In this document: positions 11,701-20,406 of the stretch, in pieces
How positions within the stretch are numbered: the first letter of the stretch is position 1
How the letters are laid out: each line of letters opens with the position of its first letter
NCBI RefSeq assembly: GCF_018977255.1
Contig: NW_024704761.1
Coordinates: 3,968,001 to 4,032,000 of the forward strand
DNA length: 64,000 nucleotides
Direction of reading: 5' to 3'
Origin: Callorhinchus milii
Lineage: Eukaryota
Notes under the pieces: generated by a model
Told to the model about the DNA's origin: nothing
Database searches by the model: none
The model's input: only the letters and a program-made list of their open reading frames with translations
Translations under genes and position numbers: made by a program

Positions 11701-14700
11701 CAACAGCAACTTGCATTTATATAGCGCCCTTCACGTGGGGTAGCACCCAGGAGCGCTCAACAGTGGCGGAGTCTTCTCACCGAGCCAAGGGGAGAGGGAG
11801 GGTGGACGTGAGTGTGAGCACGATCAAAAAGGAAGGACTTTGGGCGGGATTTGAAAGTGGGGAGGGAGGGGGCAAGGTGGAGGGATGGAGGGAAAGAGTT
11901 CCAGGGTTTCAGATCTGTCTCTTTGACTGCAGTTTTGGCCACATTTCATCTTTAATTTCTCATCACTCTCTTCTTTTGAGATTCAAAGATTTTGCCTCTT
12001 GCTCGAAAAACCCTTTGCATGTCTTTCAGTGGTATTTATCTGTGCGGACACTCAGCTGGTGCCCACCTGGCAGCTATGGTGCTTTGTACAGATTGGTCAG
12101 AATATGGTGTTGTCCCTGATGTTAAAGGTAAGCACAGAAGAGTGCATGTTCCAGAGATTCTTAGAGATATAACATTGCATCAATCACATTTTCTTAAGGT
12201 TGTGATGGTATCCACAGGCCACTCGTAACCGACCTTATAACCAGCATTTTGGGTCCATAAAATGAGGCCCTATGTCGCAACGGGCTGTGTTATAATAATA
12301 ATCCTTGCATTTGATATAGCGCCTCGTGATGTGGTTGAGACGTCTCAAAGCGCTTCACAGGATATATTGTAAAATGGATTGACTGTGTATTTTGTGGGCA
12401 AAACACAGCAGCCAATTGCATGCAGCAATGTCCCACAAACATTCATGGAATGAAAATAATAGCCTGATTTTTTTTTCCTTCCACAGGAGCTTTTCTTGTC
12501 AGTGGGATTTATGATCTTTGTCCAATTGTCCCAACCAGAACCAACATCCTTCTCAAAATGACTCAGTACGTTCACAAACGGGTGGCAAGTTTTCAAAGTT
12601 CACGTAAAATAACATGCACACATTAATTATGCTAGAGGGTGAATACAAAAACATTGATAAAGAATTTTCTTTACAAGCTATTATAATGCAAAGTTCACTC
12701 ATTCCATTACTTGTACCTAACGCCGACTTTTTAAAACTCCCGTTTAGCATAATAGTTCTTGAGAGCAGTTTGGTCTTTAAATCTAAAGGTTCACTTAGTT
12801 CTTTTTTTTCAAATAATTTTGTCATCAATTGCATTTTAAAGTGAGGAAGCAGCACTGATGATTTAAGACACCACCGCTACTTTGTGTGTGTCTCGTATAC
12901 AGGTCTACTTTACTAATGACACATTTGTGCGAGTTTATAATTGTGTTCATTTATTATGTGAATTAAACGTTCAGGACAAGATATACATACAATTGTCCAA
13001 CACCATGAATAGACATGTAATATAGGCTACCAAGTGAAGACACTGAATTATACAAAAAACTCAAACCCGTCCGCTCAAGCGCAGATGGCGGAAAACTGGC
13101 CTGACAGTCCACCGCCAACTGCGGCTCAAACATCTCCACAGCTACCGCCGTTCTTTGACAAGCGCAAAAACGGCTTCTACTCCAACATCATCTTGGAGGC
13201 TAAACACAACCCCAAAATCCTTTATCCACCACCCACTACCTCCTCCGTGCCCCCCCTCAGGCCTCCTCAATCTTCGTATCAAATGCTAAGTGCGAGGAGG
13301 TCATGGACTTCTTTTGAACTAAAATACTGAACACCCGCCAGGCAGCCTCATCCACCTGCCCCTTGTCACCCACCACCATGGCTCCCTATCCCTATCCCAG
13401 AGAGGATCGATTTCAAGATCCTCACCCTCGTATTCAAGTCCCTGCACTCCTCTGCATCCCTCTACCTCTCTGACTTCCTCTCTCCTCAGCACAGTACCCG
13501 TTGCCTTCGTTCCTCCGGGTCTGGTCTCCTCCTCGTCCCCCGAGTCCTCCGTTCCACCCTCGGTGGCCGTATCTTCATCCACTACGCCCCGAGGCTCTGG
13601 AACTCCTTCCTCACTCTCTTCATCTCGCTCCCTCCCTTCCCATTTTTAGATCTCTGCTGAAGACCTTTCTTTTCGACCGAGCCTTTGGTCACCTCCCCCC
13701 CCTCCCCCCGGCTCGGTCCCGGGATCCTAAACTGTAAAGTGCTCTGAGACGCCGTCCGGCGTGGAGGGCGCTATGTAAATCCAAGTTGTTGTTGTTGTCT
13801 GTTTATGTTTCTATACTGCTCCTTATTTGTTATACCCCCAGTTTGATGTCATCTATGATTTTCAACAACGTACTTCCTATATTGGTGTCCAAATCATTTA
13901 CAAACATGGTAAAGAGCAGTGGTCCTATTTCCCTACTTCTCTGCAGACTATCACTGAGAAGCTGCCCTTTACTCCTACTCTTTGACGATAGGGGACAATG
14001 ACTTCGAGTACAGATACACAGGTAGAATTAATAGCTGCTGGCACTTTTAACAGGGACGATGCCCTCCGAAACAGCCCCATGCAACTTGTGAACAAAATGA
14101 AATGGCTGGCCGGAAACTGTGAGATTCTGGTGGTTGTGGCAGAACATGATTCAGATGAATTTCGAAAACAATCGCAAGAGTTTTACAAGGTTGGTTCTTT
14201 CATTCGCACTTTCCCATCTTCTCATTTTCAGGTGAATACTGTACTTTGTTATTTTGCATTGCACCTTACAAATACCTCATAGAAATATGCAAAACTTTGG
14301 TCAACACTTTTATTGTTACACCCCTCCTATCTCTCCGACTTTCTAACCCCTTATCAGCCTGTCCACTCCCTCTGCTCAGCAAGCTCGGCCCTGCCCCCAC
14401 CATCAGAACGGCAAAGGGTAAATACTCAACTTTAAAATATAGGGGAGCCTCAAGGCAACGGCACTTTTTTGTGCTACTAAAGGAGAAGGCAAAAGAGCAT
14501 AATATAATAATAGTAATCCTTGCATTTCATATAGTGCTTTTCACGAGACGTCTCAAAGCTCTTCACAGAATAGACTGTAAAGTGAATTGAATTGAGGAGA
14601 GCAGTCCGCCAGTCGGGAGCAGAGGCATCAGATTAAAAAAAAGTGAGAAAATTAAAAAGTGACGTCTGAGCGACGTCAGTATCAAAGACTTAACAGCTAA

Positions 14701-16955
14701 CACTAACTACTAACAGTAAATAACACTAACTACGAAGTAACAATACGAAAAATCAATTATTTTTTTTAAAAAATCAAGAATTTAACTTTTAAAAATAACT
14801 TTCACTCCCAGTGGGGGTGGGAGAGGTGAGAATGGCGTGAAAAGGTATCGTGTGAGGACTGCAACAGTGTGGGAGTTGCTGGAGGGCCGTCTGAGCCCAG
14901 GCGACCACTTCTGCAGCAAATGTCTGCAACTGAGGCCGCTCCAGCTCAGAGTGCTCCACTGCGGTACGAGACCAGTTATAGGTAAAACTTAGCATTCCAG
15001 CTCCACTACTGATCTGTTGAACCATCTTTCTTTGCAGGCTATCAAGGACGCTGGGTTGATGGGCAGTTTTGAAGATGTCCAAACACAGATCATTTTGATG
15101 TCATAGAAAAACTGGTGGAAGATGATTATATCCTTACACAGGTAGACTTTTTTCTTAGGCTTTAATATGAAATGAATAAGAATCCCAAATATGTGTATGA
15201 CCTTATGTTCCTTTATTCTGTAGGACTGTGTTATTACAAAGATGAGTACATAGCACTGCAGTGGCTAAATCCTACGGAAAAGTTCAGTGATGAATTTTGC
15301 ATTATTTGAAAAGTAGACTCCATTGCACTTTGCTGTGAGCTGTCTACCATATTCATTTTTTTTTATGAATGGCTGGCCAGTATATATTGTTTGCAATGCA
15401 ATGAAAATGAAGCATTTTTAGCATGCATTGTAATTCAATGTAAATTAAGCAGTTATCTGAAAAGGAGAAATATGCAGAATCAAACGTCTATCTGCTATAT
15501 TTTGTGTCCACTTTGTATAATGCAAGGCCAGTTATTTTTTTCCCACTCTTCCAAGTCTTGGGAGAGAATTCTGCATCATAATGGAATGGAAGTATACTTC
15601 TACAGTTAATGTTTATTAACATGTTAAACTATAGATCTATCCACACACTGTGCAGCATAAGGCGACAACAACAGCAAAATTTGTATAGCACCTTTCACGT
15701 CGGGAGGACGTCCCAAGGCGCTGGACAGACAGAGTTTCGGACCTGAGCTGGGGGTTGGGGTCAGGAAGGGTGGAGGGCGCGGGGGAAGCAGGGAGATCGA
15801 AAGCACCACAATAAGACCATAAGACATAGGAGCAGTAGACCATTCGGCCCCTCGAGCCTGCCCCGCCATTTAATAAGATCATGGCTGATCTTCTAACCTA
15901 ATTCCATTTACCCACCCTATCCCCATACCCATTAATCCCTCTATCCTTTAGAAATCTATCAACCTCAGTCTTGAATATGTTCAAGGACTGAGCATCCACA
16001 GCCTTCTGGGGTAGAGAATTCCACAAATTCACTACCCTCTGAGTGAAGAAATGTTTCCTCAACTCAGTTCGAAAAGCCTGACCGTCAATCTTGAGACTAT
16101 GACCCCTAATTTTAGATTCTCCAACCAGGGGAAACAGTCTTGAGATGGGTCTTGAAGGAGGCAAGGAATGGGGTGAGGCAGAGGGACTGTGGGATGGAGT
16201 CCAGAGGGTGGGTGCAGACATGCACGCATGAGTAACACGCACGCGTGTTACTCAAAGGCTGTTGTATTCTTGGATTGAGGCCGGAGTTTGACAAGAGAAA
16301 GATTCATGAATATTTTTTCTTGCGTGAGGATGGCATTTAACATGAAACTAGAAAGAAAATAAATTACAGCTGTTAAGGCAAAGAAGTGTCACTCGCTGTA
16401 TTTTTATGCGATGGTCTTAGCATTTTTTGCATTCATCTGACAAAATTCCAGCGGTAGCTAATGGAGATATACATCAGGAGTATAAACTCAGAGCCTTCAT
16501 TTGCACAGTACATAGTATAGCACAACAAAAGGGAAATAGCGTGTTACTTGTACATTGATAAACCACAAGAGTAAAGGTGATCAGTTTGATGTCCATTGCT
16601 TTCTAATGTACTGCAGCCTGTGTCTGCCCGTCACTCGACTGATCACAGCTGAACTCCAGGACAGCTCTTCTGTTTGAAAGGGATATGTCTCAGAAACAAA
16701 TTGCCTGATTTCGATAAAATTGGAACAAGTGACTCGAACTGCAATGGTAATTACGCAGATGTCTACTGCACCTTAGGGAAACCGTGTACTCTTTTCTGCA
16801 CATATACCCCTGATACATGTTGTAATAGTAAAGAATCCAATATAATTACCATTTTTATGCAATTGTTTTAGATTACAATGTACATAATCATTCTTTTTAT
16901 GTTTCCTTTGCAGATTATACTGAAAACTGTGACTAGAAAATGCACGAACTGCTAA
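8755..16955 (+). CDS. AFMID: Arylformamidase (kynurenine formamidase); 11 coding exons, about 297 aa if the 1-nt frameshift in exon 10 is corrected
   Basis: Exons 8755-8784, 9831-9921, 10250-10354, 10517-10565, 10735-10820, 11151-11223, 12030-12127, 12487-12565, 14054-14189, 15038-15141, 16914-16955. Motifs: QYSPS, HGGYW oxyanion hole, GHSAG nucleophile, EHDS acid, DHF catalytic His (out of frame as assembled). Confidence 0.95.
9831..9921 (+). CDS. AFMID: AFMID exon 2 ([15 protein letters not shown]...)
   Basis: 91 nt, AG/GT flanks. Confidence 0.93.
10250..10354 (+). CDS. AFMID: AFMID exon 3 (...[19 protein letters not shown])
   Basis: 105 nt, AG/GT flanks. Confidence 0.93.
   Translation, partial: VQHRVTVQLSLCWTCLMGQAMQKNSTFIFLQTHH
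10517..10565 (+). CDS. AFMID: AFMID exon 4 (IYFHGGYWQ)
   Basis: 49 nt, HGG motif. Confidence 0.93.
10735..10820 (+). CDS. AFMID: AFMID exon 5 (...[10 protein letters not shown])
   Basis: 86 nt, AG/GT flanks. Confidence 0.93.
11151..11223 (+). CDS. AFMID: AFMID exon 6 ([14 protein letters not shown]...)
   Basis: 73 nt, AG/GT flanks. Confidence 0.93.
11700..11910 (-). mobile_element. L2 3' fragment
   Basis: [18 protein letters not shown] plus tail. Confidence 0.8.
12030..12127 (+). CDS. AFMID: AFMID exon 7 ([13 protein letters not shown]...)
   Basis: 98 nt, GxSxG motif. Confidence 0.95.
12487..12565 (+). CDS. AFMID: AFMID exon 8 ([11 protein letters not shown]...)
   Basis: 79 nt, AG/GT flanks. 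Confidence 0.93.
13070..13800 (+). mobile_element. Decayed, internally deleted L2 fragment
   Basis: FYSNII..NPKIL and [10 protein letters not shown] remnants, (TTG)n tail. Confidence 0.8.
14054..14189 (+). CDS. AFMID: AFMID exon 9 (DALRNSP...[17 protein letters not shown])
   Basis: 136 nt, AG/GT flanks. Confidence 0.93.
14594..14960 (+). mobile_element. CR1 LINE 5'UTR and ORF1 zinc-finger start (decayed)
   Basis: Frameshifted translation [30 protein letters not shown] resembles the CR1 ORF1 CxxC..CxxC and zipper N-terminus. Confidence 0.65.
15038..15141 (+). CDS. AFMID: AFMID exon 10 (frameshifted near 15079)
   Basis: 104 nt between a phase-0 acceptor and a phase-0 donor; FEDV and [12 protein letters not shown] lie in different frames. 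Confidence 0.9.
15665..16215 (-). mobile_element. L2 3' fragment interrupted by a CR1 3' fragment (about 15808-16135)
   Basis: CR1 part encodes [33 protein letters not shown] with a (CTTATGT/GGT)n tail; L2 sequence on both sides. Confidence 0.88.
16914..16955 (+). CDS. AFMID: AFMID last exon ([13 protein letters not shown])
   Basis: Pyrimidine tract and CAG acceptor; IILKT matches the AFMID C-terminus; TAA at 16953-16955. Confidence 0.88.
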   Translation: MILKTVTRKCTNC

Positions 16956-18332
16956 AAACAAACATATGGACAGGAGTGGACTAGTCTGTCCCATCTAGTT
17001 TGTCTTGCTATTAAATTAATTCAATGCTAAGTCTTAAATTGCATTTCCTCACCTTTTGTCTATATCCAATAATATCCCTACTTACCAGATAACTATCTCG
17101 CTCTTGAACACCTCCAATTAATTCTGTACTATGAGATGGTAGGTTCCATATTCTCATGATCCTTTATGTAAAGCTGTTCCAATTAAAGTATAACAAATTC
17201 TGAATTCTTCTATTACTGTCTCAGTTAAACTTTATTAGCATTTATCACAGTCTCACGTTGATGCAGACTTTATCGATGTATTCTCAGTCCTGAGCAATAC
17301 TCTATTTCCAATTAACGGTAAATTACTGCCATATTTTATCCCCCTCCTAAGTTTCTGATTGTGCTATATTTCCGCAGATGTTGACAACCCTAAATGAGGT
17401 ATGTGTAACGGATATTTGTTAAATTTTTAATTTCTGGGTATTTGCTGGGCGGGTGGGTGTAGAGAAATATCGTGGATTACAAAGGAATTTTAACAGGCTT
17501 TCAATTCCTGATTTACAATCCAATGAACCATTTAATTCATTCTTTTGCCTTGCCCCTTGTTAATATTTATTAGTTCTGAGTTGTACACTGACTGAATCTT
17601 CAGAACAAAGACCCTTTGTTTGCAATCTTGTGAGCCATATTATTCATGACTTTATCTCATCTGTATTAATATTTACCAGGACTGAGGACCACTCTGAAAA
17701 GATTACAGTAAGATTTCATGACCCCAGATGAAAACAAGGGATTGGCTTTTGCTATGTCAACATTATGAACCAAGCAAAGTTTAACAAACCAGGAGACAAG
17801 TTTTCAACTACACTGCAAACTGACTTCTGTGCTTGGTTTCCTCCGTTCAGATGCTGATGTTCTGTGAGTTCAAGAGGAAGAGGACTATAAATAAGGCTAA
17901 CAGAAATCTGAACATTTTAATAAGCTTGATGATCAATATTTCCATTCAAAAATGTCAAAGATATGCTTCATTTGTGCAAATTGAACCTCAAATACACTTA
18001 CATTTTCATTTTATAGCTTAGGCTAAGATAAATATAAATCAAGCTGTCACAAAATGCCCTAGCATTTTTTTTGTCTAATGTACATAATTATGCTACATAT
18101 AAATTGACTTGGATTTAATACATTTATATTATTTTCCCTTGAAATGTTAGGGTACAGTTCAAATCTCATTCTCTGTGCTCCAACTGTTTTATTCTTCACA
18201 TACAGACAATTGTGATTGCTGAAAATCAGGGCGCTTTCCTTTCATATTTGCAAATTCCATGTCTCTCACTAGCTGACATTTTAAAAATATATATTTCAGC
18301 CATCTTCTACATTCCATCAGTGTGAATTATAC

Positions 18333-18642
18333 TTATAATCCTTGCATTTGATATAGTGCTTTTCATGTCTTCTCGACATCTCAAAGCGCTTCGCAGAATA
18401 GACTGTAAGGTGAATTGACCGTATATTTGTGGGCGAAACGCGGCAGCCAATTGCGCACAGCAGCGTCCCAAAGTCGTGGGTTGAAAATGACCAATTTATT
18501 ATCGTTTTGTCTTGGAGGGATTATTATTAGGCTGTGTGCGGAGTAAGGAAACTTGCCCAAGGTTTCGCCCTGACCTGCCGGGAATTGAACCCGGGTGTCT
18601 CGCTTGAACCCACAAGGCGAGCGCTCCAACCGCTGAGCCTCT
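18333..18642 (-). mobile_element. tRNA-derived SINE
   Basis: Head and L2-like tail of the family. Confidence 0.88.
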
Positions 18643-19013
18643 TTGCAGGTCAAAGATCTGTTCAGCATTAAAATGTTCAGGAAACGTTTGCATATTCCAG
18701 GCATCCGATTCAATAACTCGTTCAAGGATCTTCAGTTATTCCCTCGAGTTAACAACCAGCGGAAACACTCTTTTCTTCTCCGTTCACCTCATTCGAAGCC
18801 CCTCACGTCCTCGACCGTTATTCGTGAGTCCCCCCCCCCGAAACATGTGCTAATACCTGGGAGCCCTGAAAAGACACAGTGCACGTCTTGCAGCCGACAA
18901 TGGCTCGAAAAAGCAAAATAATACAGTCTGACGATCGTGTGTAAAGTCGAGATAAACGTGAGGGTCGGGTACGCAGTCTAAGCCGACCCAACAATCCAGC
19001 GCTGGGGGTGTGT

Positions 19014-19326
19014 TATAATAATAATAATAATAATCCTTGCATTTGATATAGCGCTTTTCACGTCGGGAGGACGTCCCAAAGCGCTTCACAGAACACACTG
19101 TCAAGTGAATCGACTGTATATTTGTGGGTGAACGCGGCAGCAAATTGCGCACAGCAATGTCCCACAAACAGTCGTAGATTGAAAATGACCAATTTATTAT
19201 TGTTTGGGGTTTTGGAGGGATTATTATTAGGCTCTGTGTGGAGTAAGGAAACTTGCCCGAGGTTTCGCCCTCTGCCTGGAATTGAACTCAGGTCTCTCAC
19301 TTGCAAAGCGAGTGCTCTAACTCTAG
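19014..19326 (-). mobile_element. tRNA-derived SINE, young copy
   Basis: (ATT)n tail; nearly identical to 53077-53412. Confidence 0.9.
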
Positions 19327-19635
19327 TGTTGTCCTCGGTTTAACCGGCAGTAAGTAGGAACAATAATAATAAATAAATAAATAAATAAATAATAATAAAT
19401 CGGCGGCTCGACCGCGACCGTCTCTGCGGGAGGGAGGCTCTGCCGCCTTTCCCCCACCCGGAGGGGTACGCGGTCGCTGCGCCGTAACGGTCCGTCCCGC
19501 GAAGTGCTTGGATCCTCGTCCCCGAAGGCGGGAGAGGGGCGCGGCCGCGAAGGTACGGGTCATTACCGCAACTGCGGGGACGTTAACAGGCGCCGCGGCT
19601 CCACTCGAAAGGACAGCGACAACCCCCTCCCGCCC

Positions 19636-19892
19636 GCCCGCCCCCCGAATGGCCTCTCGCCCGCCCCCCGAATGGCCTCTCGCCCGCACCCCGAATGGCC
19701 TCTCGCCCGCACCCCGAACGGCCTCTCGCCCGTACCCCGAATGGCCTCTCGCCCGCACCCCGAACGGCCTCTCGCCCGCACCCCGGACGGCCTCTCGCCC
19801 GCACCCCGAACGGCCTCTCGCCCGCACCCCGGACGGCCTCTCGCCCGCACCCCGAATGGCCTCTCGCCCGCACCCCGAATGGCCTCTCGCCC
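19636..19892. repeat. 23-bp GC-rich minisatellite (GCCCGCACCCCGAA[T/C]GGCCTCTC), about 11 copies
   Basis: Tandem units read directly from the sequence. Confidence 0.95.
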
Positions 19893-20039
19893 ACCCAACA
19901 CAGTCAGAATCCACCCTCCAGTACACCCTGTGAAGGTGAGAAGGCGCTATGGCAGATGCAACGATTATTATTATTATTATTATTAATAATATTACCTGCT
20001 GTCCAACACCCCCTCCCGCCCCCACCTATCCCTTCCCGA

Positions 20040-20298
20040 GGTGGTGGCTGCCAATGGGAGCGCGTGGTGGTGGGTGGGGGGATCACGTGACATAACGACC
20101 TGCCCGGGTTTGAATGCGGCGCGAGGCTCCGGGGGGAGGGGGGCGGGGCGGCTCCTCGAGCCAATGGGAGCTCGGCTCAGGCGGGTCACGTGGCCTCGAC
20201 CGGGGGGTCACGTGGCCCAACGGCCGCCGAGATTTGAATGCGCTCGCGCGCGCGCGCTGGGGGAAAAGGGGGGTGTCGGGCCAGCGAGACGGCGAGAC
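20040..20298 (+). promoter_or_regulatory. BIRC5 promoter in a CpG island: CCAAT x2, CACGTG x3, CHR (TTTGAA) x2, GC box
   Basis: CCAAT at 20051 and 20161; CACGTG at 20084, 20187, 20209; TTTGAA at 20109 and 20233; GGGGCGGGG near 20140. Confidence 0.75.
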
Positions 20299-20406
20299 AT
20301 GGAGGCCGCGCTGAGGAAAAACCGCCACTACTACTGCCTGCAGGACCGGCTGGACACGTTCACCAACTGGCCCTTCATGGACGGCTGCTCTTGCACCCCT
20401 GAAAAC
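20299..20406 (+). CDS. BIRC5: BIRC5 exon 1
   Basis: GAC-ATG-G start, AAC|GTGGGT donor. Confidence 0.92.

Noticed and set aside
19297-20090. Overlapping repetitive ORFs and a CRISPR-like appearance
   Set aside because: A 23-bp tandem repeat with no unique spacers and no cas genes, in a eukaryotic context.
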